Below are positions 35,801 to 49,793 of a stretch of DNA of 64,000 nucleotides, in pieces. Under the pieces are notes generated by a model. The model had not been told where the DNA came from and ran no database searches. It saw nothing but the letters and a program-made list of their open reading frames with translations. The position numbers and the translations under genes were made by a program. Every line of letters begins with the position of its first letter. Position 1 is the stretch's first letter. The stretch is from Haplodiscus bocki (Eukaryota), in contig OZ296648.1 of the NCBI GenBank assembly GCA_965655095.1, positions 159,836,001 through 159,900,000 of the forward strand, read 5' to 3'.

Positions 35801-38800
35801 AAAAGCAGTATTTTGACCTGTGATTCTTTGTCCACCAAGTTTAAATTCGAAGGAAATCCGTTAAGTTGCTACACTTTTTTTCTATCTGAGGTGAATTGTA
35901 GAACAAGATGCGCTGTTGAACTGCGACATTTTACGCCAAAGGGGCGGGGAAAATTTTCATCGAACACAAAACACAAAACAAGCGGTTTCCAGATGAGATC
36001 TTGTCGGCAGAACTGAAACCACTGTTTTGCTGTTTGATTCTTTAATTTGTCACTGTCTATTGCAATTTCATGTATGATAAAACTTTATCACTTCTGCCCA
36101 AGCAGTGTTTTGATGCAGAAACGGTTTGAAACTTTTTGAGTTTGAAAATTGCTAATTTAACAGTGGCATTTTTCGGACTTCCCGGTCTGTCATGATAATT
36201 TTTTTGATTTTTCAAAAAAAAGAAAATTTGAACTGGAAAGCACCTGTATAGACAGAAAGATGTCCAAAAGATCCTTGTTGGTGGAAAAGAAGCCAATATA
36301 TATGGAAAACTGAGACTATGAACACAAAGTTAGGTCAAATATAAAATCAATTTCGGCCTTTGAACTACCAAGATTCCGACGAAAAAATTAATATTCTCCA
36401 TCCTTATTCAAAATTCACTCTCATAAAATGCTTTCGATTGAGTTTTTGATGGACGAAATCAAAATCATAGTTTCCATAAGAAGTGATTTTGAGAACTTAG
36501 TTGTATTATTGATAACTTTTTTTTGCATATATGGCCGGTCACGAATCGGAAACAAAAAAACAAACGCACTAAGAGCTCAGTGTTAAGATCGGAGCAAGAA
36601 CGTCTCAAAAGAAAGACGAAGAAGCCGTTCCGTTAACTTCAGTATGAAACATCAGGCGTCACAGATTGAACATATCTCTAGGTTTTTAGAATGTTTCCAA
36701 TAGGGATCTCCGATAGTTTTTTTGAGAAAAACCTATCAAACAAATTTCTGACTGCAAACAACAAAATTTTTGCCAAACAATAGAGTGTATTTCTTTTTGC
36801 ATGTCCACTTCGGCTTCATTTCCAGTCTCCGCTTTCAACATGCCAGTCTGAAGATTCCTAAATCTTTCAAATGGCCCTTTAATCCGATCTGGAGGTTTCC
36901 ACAAAAATAGAATAATGTTGTGACCCGAAAACCTAGGTAAAAACTTGGAGTCTCCCTGTAGAAAATTTTAAGAAACTTGGTATTACTCAAACGTCACTGC
37001 CCCTACATAATCAAAAATGACAGGGAGTTCAAAATTCGAAAGATAGTGTGATTAACAAGTTCTGGCGTCAAAAAACTTAGCAAAAAAGTTTGACTCCTAT
37101 CGGATAATAGATTTAACAAAATAGCAAATTTAATGGTAGGCCATGGGAGAATTTGGGCCATTTTCAGGCCTATCTCCTTAGACAAAGTACCAAAATTGAC
37201 AAAAAATTTCAAAGAGGCTGAAAAAGGGTCTATTATCAACTTACCATTGCAGAAAAGCTATCAATAGTTCCTCTTTGCTGTGAGCACAAACAAACTGTAA
37301 GAGAATATTGACTAAAATGTTCCACTACCGCTGTTTTTAAGAAAGATTGGTTCGGAATTTACTTCCTGTATATAAAACTTCCGGAAATTGAAAAAAAATT
37401 CAAGGACTCAATTTTCAAAAAAAATTTGATTGAAAAACCTATCGAGAAACTTTGACACCGAAAACAGAAGTTACTAATTGGAATTCAAGAGTCCACGTCT
37501 GAAGCTATGCAACTTGCAACTTTCAAGGAAGTTGAGGAACCAGGTGCCGATAAAAACTACTCGCAAATTACAGATGGTTACCGAGCACCACAAAAAGCTC
37601 TGTTCTCAAACCTATTTGGCAAAAAAAGCCAAACGGAAAAAACTGATTTAGAGCCGAAAGTGACAGGCTAGCAGCTTGTCACCTTTTTTCCAAGTTATGG
37701 CGAAGAGAGGGTTTCTGTTGGACGTTTTTGCAGTACATGGGACTGGAGTTGGAGAATAATGTTGTTAAAAAGTCAATTTTTTTATCTGATCACCAAAAAA
37801 CCGATTGAAAAAATTCATCACTGCAATCAAACTAATCTCTGTTTTAGATTCGATTCTTCCCTTTTCGATTGTTTTGACAATACAGTAAATTGAGGAAAGG
37901 GATTCCGGAAAAAAAATTTGAAGTCGCAATTTTTTTGAACCTTACAAGTTTACACGATTTCCGTATTTCTTCCGCAAAGAAAAATCGTTCAAGAACTGCC
38001 GGCCTGGAACTCATATTAAGTGGACAATTAAACAGACTTTCAAATAAAAATGTCTTGAATTGAGGCAATCCAGACACCAACAACATTTAATTTGACAATT
38101 GCTGTCAAAGTAGTTGAATTTAGCTCGTTTTACAATTTTTTGCAAAAAACTGCTTTAAAAATGTCGGATTGCCTCCAAACGTCAGTGTGCATAATAACAA
38201 AACATTCTCTCGCAAATTGTGCAACTTTCAGGCTTTTTGTTAGCTGCAAATGAGGAAGCAAAAAACCTACATTCTTACAAATTCGTGACCGAGTCGAAAA
38301 AAACTGCTAGATTTTCAAGTTACTTCCGCAGGAAAAATATCGGGCAAACGTCGCACCACAGCTTTAGTGTGCAAAAAACTAGGGTCTTTCTGTTCAACTG
38401 GTACAAAATTCAGGCGCAATTTGGAGACCTGCATGCGGAAATAGACGAACTCTGAACACCTTTCTTCACAAAATGGCCATAAATTTTTCGGTTTTTAAGT
38501 TTCTATCGCAAAAAAATCTTTCGTGTAGTTATCACAACGCAACCAAACATATTGGAAGTTTTGGCATGATTGTCAGTACTGCATTCTACATCTCTCGTTT
38601 AATACTTTGAGGAAAAACATGTTTTTTTTTCGAAATGTTTTTACATTTTCTTATCGTTTTCGGAAATGAAGGGAAAATTTTTGAGGAATTTGGCAAAATG
38701 TTTTCGCCAGGGTTGTCAAAAGTGATTTTTACATGCCTAAAGGGTCATTTTTGGAGACTTTTTTTGAAACAAATGTATTTTGTTAACTTTTCTTCGAAAT

Positions 38801-41800
38801 TTCTGGGAAATGTTTTCGTATTTTGGGCTAAAGATTTTCGGCGTGGTTATCAAAATTGCATTTTACGTCCAAAGGAACACTTTGAGAAAAACTGTTTTTT
38901 GAAAAATTCGAAGTATTTCCATCATAGTCAGACTTCAAGCGAATGACGTTTTTTGGAATTCTGGCGAGAAATTTTCGCCAGGGTTGCCAACTGATTTCTA
39001 AGTGTACAAGGGAAAAATTTTGGGAGAGTTTTTCTGCGAAAGTTCCTTCTTTCTTCGGACTTTCAGCGAAAATTTTTCGGCGGTGTTGTCAAAATTTTGT
39101 TTTACGACTCCATGGGAACATTTTGGTTTTCTTAAAAAACTTGAACTTGTTCACTCCTAATTGGCAACTTCTGCAGGAGAGAGAAACCGCCCCACTGAGG
39201 GAATGATTTTTTATTGGTTGTATTTTACGAACGAAAGTAAAAATTGTAGTTCTTTCTGAAGCCATTTGATAAGAAAAATGGTTGAAATACTTTATCATAC
39301 GAAAATTGATTTTCTCAATATCCCAATAAAAATCTTGATATTTATCTCTCGTGTTCACAATTACTACACTTATCAAGATAGCGTTCAGAACATCTTTCAC
39401 AAAATGTCGATTAGATAGAGAGTGTATTAGATAAAAACTTATCTGCGGTTTGACTATCAAACTTCGTCCTAAGTATGAAGCCAACTGTTTTTTTATGATA
39501 CCACACCATAATCAGGGTTCTTACTGGCGTTGCCAAATTCAAACGTCCTGTGATTTTTCTTGTTCACGATTTTTGCAGACACACTTTTTTCTTGAGAAAT
39601 CAATTCTTTCGAGTTTTTTTGTGTTGTGTGGTTGACGTGCAGCAACCAATCGATTTTTTAAACCAAGGTTCAAGTTTTCCACGTACAAAGAAATGTCCTT
39701 AAGAGCCATCTTTTGCTTGAAGTTTTCTTTGTTATTTTTTTCGTTGTTATTGTATATTTTGATCTGAAAACAATTTTTTTGGTCGGCAAAGCTGAAGACA
39801 CCTGCAAGAAGTCCAGAAAGAAGTTTCTACGTTTCTGTCGGTTTTTTTGTTATCACTGGTTTTCTACTAGGTTGATAAACAAAACCATTTGAAAATTGAC
39901 TTGCATTCTGATGACTGGTTAAGAGATTGTGGATCAGTGAAACAGTATGTAAACTATCAACTTTCTCAAGATGTTCACCTTGATTTCTCCTTAGTTTTAC
40001 CGAAGGGAGCTATTGATCTGAGAGTCATCAATGCAATCATGTCACCATCATTCTGTCTTGAAATATCAGAATTTGCCAAAACTTCAATCACTATTCTCAT
40101 AAAGCAAGCATGAAGCAACAAGTATTTAGCCAAACGTGGAAGGGATATTTTTATTTTTGATCCTATTTGTATTGCTTGCAGCTGCTAAACTTCTGTGTGA
40201 GTATCTCACAAAATCTATTTTCTAAAAATCTAATGTTTTCTCAAATTCTGTTTTTTTTCATCAAACAAAGGCTCTTTAAAATGTGTCTTTGTTAGTAATA
40301 AAACTTTAAAAACTATGAAATAAGGAACTTTTTTCGGGATAACTTTTATGTGTCAAATCGATGAAAAAAGATATTTCTCCAAAGTTACTTGTGTCGCAAT
40401 ATAATAAATTTATAATTTTTCTTGATAACAATAACATTTGTCTTGAATTACTTCAAAATTTTAGTCTTCAAGGCTGTAAGTTACTGGAAATTTGAATTTA
40501 TTTTTTTTATATTCCAAAGATTTTTTCTCCTATTTGTTATATAACTCGTCTTAAAATCTTTTTACTCTCAGGAATTCTCCCATTTTGACTCGAAGAGTAA
40601 CATGTTTATTTTTGTCTTTGTTTCCCTATATTCATCAGTTACAAGTATATCAATAAGTTGTCTAACCTTGTTATGCTTCTTCCTCATTCGTTTCGAATGT
40701 CACTTCGTTTGTTGACTTTTCAAAAGACGTTTTTCATTGTAGAATGTAATCTCTTATGGTACAGGTTTAGTGCATTTGCAAGATAGTGCAACCAGCACAC
40801 TTCTTCTTCGAAATACATGGGCTTCCTCAACATATAATCTTCTCTCAATCGGTTTAACAAATACAGCTGACGGAGTTGTATTAAAAAAGTAAACCTGTAT
40901 GAGTTCTTTTTCTAAAAGTTAAAAACATTTTATGATGAATTTCTCCCCCACTATTTGACAATTTTTCCCAGTTTTTAAGCTGATTTGTTAATTTTTTGCT
41001 CGAATGCTCGTCTAAGTGTTGCGCCTTGTATATCTTTTCTTGGAAATGCCTGTGCCTACTTTTTATCTTCTTCAATTCTTGTAAAAGTAAGTTTACTTCC
41101 TCTAATATAGTTTGCTAAAAATTCTGCATCAATCAAATCAATTGACCAACACTCTTTTCTTTTCGTAGTGAGGAAGTCATTCTGTTCTTGGATTATTTTT
41201 GTAACCTTTGAGTTTTTTTCTTTGGTCATTATCTGTTTTCGATTCATTTATTTATAATTAAATTGCATGAAATTTCCGCTCCAGATAAATTGAACAAAAG
41301 CTCCTGTGCAGACAGTCCCTCAATACATGCGATTTTAAAAAGGTTTTGCTCCGAAAAAGCTCCAGTAATAATTTTCTAAACACTTTTCTGCTTTGGTATA
41401 GATAATGTATTTCATATTTTTTCCCATTGAGATTTCTTGCACGAGAGAATTGAATAACCAATTCGAAAATGATGGGTTAAAATAATCCCATCAAATGCCC
41501 TCTCACGAAATAGGGAAAGTAATTGAAACTGAAAACGTAGATAAAAAAGAAAAGTACTCAATTTATTTTGTGCGGTAGATCAGTAATAGGTCAAACATCA
41601 TTTTTGAAATAACAATTGAATGCAAAAGCGAAAAAAGATGTTTTTCGAGAATATCGGAAAAAATGGTTGAGAGAAGATGATTTTGCTCCACATGATTCTA
41701 AGCTTCATTTTTCTCTTTTATCAGTTGGTGCAAATGCAATTAAAAAAGAAAATGAAGAAAAACTTCGAGATGAAAATGCCCGTTTGTCGCTATTCATGTT

Positions 41801-41983
41801 CATGTTCTTAAAACAACTGTCAGAAGATTCATTTAATAATTCTTCTCAATTTTTGCTTAGTCCCCTTTTAGGAAGTCCCCATTGTGGGGATAACGACTTT
41901 GTTATGTTTGTTTCTGTTTCTATGTTCTTTGTTTGTGCTACCTTTGGAAATGTTTTCTTTGATTTTGTGTTCTTCTTATCTGT

Positions 41984-42660
41984 TGTTGGACTGGGACATG
42001 GCCGTACCAGAACTGGTACCAAGCTCAGTCCCGGGGTAGGAAATTGGATGCCTTGAGGTAGTCATTCCCTGGACCTGCGGAGTCAACTCCTCTAGCTGCC
42101 GAGTTAGAGGAGCAATAAACCCTCTAATTTGTTCGTTGACGGCCTCTTGTGTCAACTTTTGAAACTCTGGAATTTCTCCTTCGACATTTTCCGATAAATT
42201 TTTGTTAGCAATTTCCTCAGTACTACCGCGATTGCTCATTATGCGTTCGTTTGACGTTTGATAGTGTTTTCCGTTTTTAAGTTCTCTGTAGTCGGTGGAA
42301 CGAAGCGTTCAAGTTTCAAGACTTGAGTTTTTTTCAGTATATTCGTTATTCAGTGATTTTACAAACTGGAAAAATTTCAGCGAGTTTTACTAAGTCAAAT
42401 GACGAAAAGCGATGTAAGTTAAATATAAGCGAAACAAGTCTAAGTCACAATATTAGCAAAAATACGTAGTAATCCATGCAAACGCGAGCGGTTTTACTAA
42501 TTGCGCTTGGATTATGTCGGTGCTCGGTGAATTCGCGTTGTCACGTGACCGATGGTAAGACTAATTCTTACCATCGGAGTTTTCTCATTGGTTCATTCGC
42601 GATATCAGTAATTAATTAATTAAGGTGTGAAACGCAAGTCCACCGCAACCATGGGGCTAC
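41984..42660 (-). mobile_element. LTR-like segment (TG...CA) with a short coiled-coil ORF remnant
   Basis: tgttggac...ggggctaca termini; minus-strand ORF LTQEAVNEQIRGFIAPLTRQLEELT; no TSD found, so boundaries and class are uncertain. Confidence 0.4.
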
Positions 42661-45586
42661 AAATACATAGCATGGCAATTATGCAAATTTTTTGAATTAA
42701 AATTGCATAAATTTATTATGGGTGAATATATTAAATAAATAATATACGTAAAAGAACTAAATTACTTGAAAAATAGAGAATCAGCACGTTTCTCACCATA
42801 TTCATTAGGTAACAATTTTAAATCTGCGTTAAGAGCAACCTATTCCATTTTTCATCGGAAGTCATCGTTGCGTCTATATCTACTTCTTTTATCCGTAACT
42901 TCAAGCCAGCTACGTCTTATATAATTCGATGGATAACGATGAAATTAAACATTGTCAGATCTTACCGTAATCTATCAGTCACGTTGAGTCACGGTTTTCA
43001 TCCTGTTAATGAAAACGGAAGTGTTTTTGTCCAGTCTGTCAGTCTATGCGAGAGGTTTTCATCATTCGGATGAAAACCGATGATATCTAAATTGTTGTTA
43101 AATAGCACAGTAGGAGGTTTACACATGTCGGATTTTAACCGATAAAATTTGTTTCGTCCAGTAAATCATTCCGTTGCTACTTACAGGCTTGTAAAATGTC
43201 AGTACTTATTCTTTGGTTCATCGCATTCTACCTACTATTCGTCTTATTTGGAATGAATTATTAGGGGGAAACATCGTTCAGATGTTTTTCGATGAAAAAT
43301 GTTTTCCGGCTCTTTTTTATCCTAATAGTTTTGCCGCTACAGAGGGCACTTGTAGTGGCCTATAGTTTTCGTGTTGGAGCATTCCGGTGTCTTTGATGCT
43401 ATTTCTAGTTATTTTGAGCCTTCATCGGAATTTTTCATTTTTCACCGAATTGTTCCAGCACATTGTTTATGGAAGGATAGTGATGCTTTTACATGCTCAG
43501 CGATACTTTCGACATAATACATATTGTTGTTTACATAGTACATAAATCGCTTTCATAATGGGGTGAAGTAATATGACATACTCGCCTTTATACCTTTTGG
43601 CTACAGAAATGCATTAAGATCTTAGTAATGATAATGGTTTCATACGTATAAAACATACCTTAATTTTAGGGATATGTAGATATCTCATATTTTCATCATG
43701 CCGGCATGACATCTGTTGACTCTTTGCTTTGATTTCCGAGCTCGGGATGAGGTGGCTTATACACTGTTTCAGAAGGATCTAACTTTTTGGAGAAAATTAT
43801 TTTATTACGGCTTTTTTGAAACCAGTTACGTAGAAAAAGTATATAACATACAAACAACTTGCTCAAAGCTTTTCCTGTCCTTGGCGATTAAAGTCTTGAT
43901 TTCAATTTTCGGAATTAGTACGTTTTTAAAATTTGTTTTCAGTGTTGTTAAAATATAATAATTGGTGAGCGGCAACCATAAGAGTTAAAATAAACTCGAA
44001 TTGTGTTTAAAAACTCATTGAGTTTTTTTTGCGATTTGGAGGAATAATCCCTGAAAATGCTGAAAAATTGTGATCGCGTATAAACCGCACGTCTGATATC
44101 TAGTTCATTGCGAACTTCTAGTCTTTCAATTTCTGCAAAAGTTTAATTTTTCAGATCATTGATTGTTCAAATCATTGATCACCAGCATGTTTATTAGTCA
44201 AAGTTCAATTGTTTTCAAGCAGAAAAACTGTACTGTGGTAAATAAAAAAACATAGAAATACAAACAACTGTACTGCAAGACATGGAGGCGAAAAAGAGGA
44301 AGATTGTACTGCAGTAAAGTTTTATTCTCCTCCATTCAGTTTCAAGGAAAAATCCCCATTTTGAAACACTTGAACAAAATTTGGTTCTTCAGATCAACTT
44401 TTTTCACGTTCTGAAAAAAAACTACAGACGTTGAAAATCTAGCACGATGATTTTTTTGCTTGAACTTTTAGTTTAGAGTTTTGGTTCGAAATTACTTTGA
44501 CTTTTTCATGTTGTTTTTTGTTGTGCTAATAGTCCCTTCTTTGATGTAGAAGAAATTTTTCGTCATAGTGTTATTGCAAAAACAATTTTCATTTCGAAAA
44601 ATGTCGAATCATGTAAAAAGAGAGCAAAAGAACATAAAATTGAACATTTTTCAGTTGAAAATTGATTTATGATTTCTCTTAAATTTTAGTGTAAAAGTGT
44701 TTCTGCTTTTGGTATGATGGATTTTCTCCTAATATTTTAAAAAATAAAAAGATTAAAGCTTATTGCAGTTTTTCTATTTATAATAAATTGGAAAAAGGAC
44801 TCTCAGTTCCCAGATGAATTGTTCCAATAAAAATCTTCGTTCGCAAAAACACTTCAAAAGATCTCGAACGAAGTTATAGCAAGAGTTGTAGTCGCACTGC
44901 ATTTTTTTCCATCAATGGTGCGCAAGAAAGAATGATTGAACATTAAACATATCAATCTTACAAAAAAACCTTTTTTTTGAATAAAACTCCCTTTGGAAGT
45001 CTTATCGGAAGGATTCAAGACAACGGAATCAGAAAAATTTGAAATTAAAGATCAACAAATTAAGAAATTTATTTGAACCTTTCCGTATTTTCAGCGTCTC
45101 GAGGTTACAATCTGCAAAAAACAATGAATGCTCAAAAAAAGTCATGTGACGTCCCAGAGTATAAATGTGTCAATCTATCCTCTGATAGAAGAATTCATGG
45201 CTGCAAAGCTCAAAAAGGATCAGTTGGAAAAACGAGATATGTCTATACTAATAACACCCTTGCCACTTTTGGCCAATCAGCGTTCGAATGTCGATGTGAA
45301 GAAGAAATTTCCCGTTGTTTAGAAAATAATTGTCCGCTTCAAGTAAAAAGCTAACAACTGAAACATGGGTTAAAAGTTGGAGCAACATGGTTGAACAAAA
45401 GTGAGTTTGAACATCGAAGCATGCCCAGACTAACGTCACTTTCTGGCGTTTCTGGACCATGGGAGTTCCAAAATGATTTTTTTTCCAATGCATTCTTCGA
45501 ACATAGGGAAAAAGTTTCAGATTGCGAACTTGAATCGCGAAATCAGTTTGTAGCTATTGAGAAACGAAAATATTAAAAAAAGCAAG

Positions 45587-45949
45587 TGTCGTGGCCATCT
45601 TCTGGGTCAGAGTTTCGTGTCGCCTGGCTCCGAGAGATGCCCACTTGAGGATGAGGATCACTCTAGGATTAGTCCTCATTTGTTTCCTGGTTTGCACCAT
45701 ATGTGTTCCGGGGCGTCTCCGGAGCGGTTCTGGAGTGGCCTTGAATTAGCGGGCCTATTGAACTCCTGGGAAAACTTCTTTGTTACCTTACCCTCATTTT
45801 CCCCGGAAACTTGAGTGATATAGTCTTCTTGTAATCTGGGAACATTTGAGTTTTCTGCCTAATTGCTCCTAGGACGTTCCTCACCATTTTCTTTATTTAG
45901 TGCTGCCACTCTTCCTTTGCTCCTCGTAGTTGCCATTTTCCACTACGGG
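45587..45949 (-). mobile_element. Solo-LTR-like insertion
   Basis: GC-richer 363-bp block, imperfect inverted ends tgtcgtgg / ccactacg, flanked by direct repeat aaaagcaag (45578-45586, 45950-45958); AATAAA on the minus strand. Confidence 0.5.
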
Positions 45950-47619
45950 AAAAGCAAGGATCGGCGAATGTTAATATGTTGTCTTTTTATTGAAGGAAAT
46001 TCAATTTGTTTTTCAACAGTTTCGAATAATACAATGCAAGGAGTCTACTGTACTGGATATTATCGTCAGTACTCAAAAATATTAAAAATAACACTTGTGA
46101 ATTGTCATTGTCCCTCTTGTACTTTCGTTTCTCTTATTTTTACCTTTTCGTGACTGGAAACATAACTGTTCACACGCCAAACAAGGTACAAATAGAGAAA
46201 AGTACTTTTATAAAGTACCGCATCAAAGTCAGAAAGCCATATCTGGCGGCAAATAAACAACTTTTCCATCCATCTCTAAACTCATAGGACGCGCTTTTTG
46301 CATCTTTCGACAGAAAATGGACGGACCTAACCCGTTAGATGAACGCCGACATTTTGTTTACAGTCTGAAAAATATGATCCATAAGTGGAAGTACTAAACA
46401 TTTGCCAAATTAGAAACGTCAAATAAAGTAAAATAAAGTAAAAAAGAAATGCAAAATGCATGACTTCATTATGAAAAAAAATAACGAAAACTGCTGCTCA
46501 TCATCTTCTTGCACACTTCATCATCGTTTAGTTTATGCGTCTTTTACTCTTTTAGAAATCAGGAGAAACTAGTAGCATTGCTAGTTTACTCCTCATTCTG
46601 ATGAGTAACCACCAGTGATGTCCGGAACAGTTCCGTAGCCACTAGTAGTATTAGTTGAGCTAAGCAGGCTGTGCTCAAAAGAGGAATGAATACGGAGTTA
46701 CTCCGTATTCAGCACAGCACTGCAGCACGGTATTGCTATAAGAGTGAAAGTAATGTCACCAGACTAGTAGCGACGGAAAACATAGGGAACAAATATGCAC
46801 TCTGAGAGTCACTTTTGCTGCAAAAAAGTCAGACTACTTTTAGCTCAAATAAATAAAAAAAAACAGCTCTGAAGTGAACTTATTGCCATCAATCAGAAAA
46901 ACTGCACTAGAAAGGTGGATTTATATCTAATGAATGATTAAATGAAATAATTTAAAAATAGCACCTTTCAGTTAAATTTCATTCTGTGAGTACTCGTTTA
47001 TTCCGTAACGGTTCCGTCGTAGTATGGATCAGTTTAGTAAAGTGTTCCGTATAGGATACGTAAAATTATACAAGTAGGGTGATCCGTACACAAAACGTAA
47101 CAGTAGCATGAAAATTAAGAGAAACAGGAGATGTTAAGTTTTTTGTGTTTTATTCACTGTTCATCAATCACTTTGAGGGTCTGGGGGTGTTCTTTGTTTC
47201 TGCAGTTTTTATCCGCAGGCTTCGCAGATATGCTGCGACAGTTAGGAGATGCTATTGCAAAAGTGTCGGGCATTCGAGACTATCAGCAATCCGCAGCACG
47301 AACGGAATTGATACGTTCCTAACTGAAAACGCCCTATAAGCCGGAATTTTTTTGATTGCTACACTGGTGGAAATGTTTATCTTTGTAGTTTTGTACAATT
47401 GCCAGCTTGAATATAAAGACTTATCAATACTGGATGCATTTTGTGTATCTCGAACTATCCAGTTTCTGCAAAGAGTAAAATTATTCGTTTTAGACTCTAA
47501 ATGACTTTCGATTACAATTTTTTTTGGATTGAGCCGTCGAAGCTAAAATTAAAGTCATTGGTAATTGAGAACAATATGTTGGAATAATGACAAAAAGTGA
47601 AAACTATGAGTATCTCTTC

Positions 47620-49030
47620 CGGCACTCATGGACCATCAAAATTCGAACGCAAGGAACATAATTAACAATTTTTTGAAACCAAAAATCATCAATGGTTGAA
47701 TATTTGGAATTTGTTGTTTCACATCTTCTTGAAATAATTCTAGTATGTAGTTACGGACAAAATATGAGTTTGAATTTGGGGATGAATCAAAATTGAAAGC
47801 AAATCGTAAAATATAAGGACTCTGAAAGATGAAACGAAACATGAAATTCAAATCGAAAAGACCTCTTTAAGTGTTAGGCCTTCGATTAAGGACTCGATGG
47901 AAGGATTCAAATTTGTTTTAACTCGGAATTATGAATTCGAATACTGAGTCTCTACAATGTTATTAGCACTCTTTGGAATTCGGACTTTAAAGATACGGAT
48001 GTTAGGATCGAAAGAGGCAGTTCCTCGAGTGCATCCTGCTCTGGAGTTGAGAAGTTTATGATTGAGAATTTGATAGAAAAAAAAACAAACCTGTAGTGAC
48101 TGAAAAAAACTTGAGTCTGAAGATCGAAGTAAAACGTATTTGATATCACTTTTGGATTTTTTGGACTGTCATGTTTCTAATACAACGAACAGTGTGAAAA
48201 GTTTCTCAATCGATTTCTCCTCAAAAAATGTAGAATTGTCTTTGAGACCTTGAAGGAGAAAATGAAACTTGTAGTCACTGAGTTTTATGAATTTGATTGT
48301 CGATAAAAATCAAAGATTTTAACATTTTTTGGAATTTTCGGACAATCATGGTTCTAAGGCAAAAAACCAAACGAAAAGTTTTTCGAATCAAATTTTCTCT
48401 GCAAGTCCAAATAATTTTTAGGAGACGTCGATGGAAAAAAAATCAAATACTAAGTTTGCGAAAAACATGAGTTGGACTATCGTAGTCAATCAATATTAGC
48501 AACTCTTTTTGGAATTTTTGACTATCAAGATTCTGATCCGACGACAAAAATCAAATTTTTCTCAATCAAACAGTTTGCTACATCTTGAAAGCTTTACGTT
48601 GGAACATTGATGGAAAAAATTGAGCACGGAGTTATCGAAGAATAAAAAGTTTCAAAGTAGATTTTTTCAAAACCGATGTCAATTTTTCGCATTAAAGGTC
48701 CATCAAGATTTCGACGCCAGGAACAAAATCAATGTATTTTCGATGGAATTGTTTTTTACATGTAGATGGCTGGCGATTGCAACCTAGGTGAAAGAATTGA
48801 GCCTTGTTTTCTCGGAGAAAAGTGAGTTGCAACTTAAATGAAAATCAAAACTACATGCTCCTTTTTGGCTCTCCCTCATTGTAGAGATCACAGAACGATA
48901 TTTTGGAAAATACCTTTGTGAGGTCTACTCAGTTTTTTTGGAATCCAAAGAAACTAGGAGAGTGAAAGAAAGTGCTACAAAACAGCTGAAACAACTTCAC
49001 TTATTTACATTTTTAGTTACTCTATTGAAC
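47620..49030 (+). repeat. Further copy of the ~178-bp-array element (other partial copies ~500-1190 minus and ~34450-35340 plus)
   Basis: Unit motif at ~47817, 47982, 48163, 48340, 48520, 48697, followed by the same post-array block (gagttgcaac...acagaacga) as 12520-12600 and 35056. Confidence 0.7.
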
Positions 49031-49793
49031 CGATTCATAAACCTGTTTTTGGTTTTTTGGGAGAATCAGCTGTTTTTGGAATGAATAGTATAGGAATAAA
49101 GAGCTAGCCCTAAAACCCACTCAGATTATGCATACAAATCTGATGAATAAAATAAAAACGTTCATTAGCGCCATGAGCGATTTTAGTATTAAATTGTATA
49201 CCTTCTCGTTGCGATTTCACCATTTTTTTGAACTGTTCCGAATTTTTTGATCTTCCTGCCTAACGTTTCAAGTAGAACCGATTTTTGTCATTGTTATGCT
49301 TGAACCAGCAACTACATGTACAGTTACGAGTCCAAGCTATGATGGATGATGGACTCCGTGCTTTTAACTGAGTAAACTATTGAAAGAAATGGACAAAAAG
49401 AGACCGAAATTTGAGTTTTGACAAAATTGTATCAATTTCACCAAGGATAAAAAGAACCGAGAATCTGAAATTGCATGTTGAAATCTGACGCTAAAGAAAT
49501 TTGACATTGTACCAGAAAACAGCAGATTATAATTAATTTTGAGGTTTCTACTTTGACCAGATGCAAAAACGAAGAACTTTCCAAATGAAAGAGATTTTTC
49601 AAATTTTTTGAATGATTTCATTTGATACGTCTTTTCCTAGAAAAAGGTTTAAAGTTTTTTTTGCAGATATCTAATTAACGGAAAGTCTCAGTGAGAAGCT
49701 GACATTTTCTGTTCCACAACTTACGTTTTTTTACATTGAAGCAAAACAAGCTAAAAGCACGCATTTGAATTATTTTGCTAAAATTAGTTCCAT

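Noticed and set aside
39300-41900. Polinton/viral-like decayed coding sequence on the minus strand
   Set aside because: Coding-like, but I could not name any diagnostic motif; left unannotated
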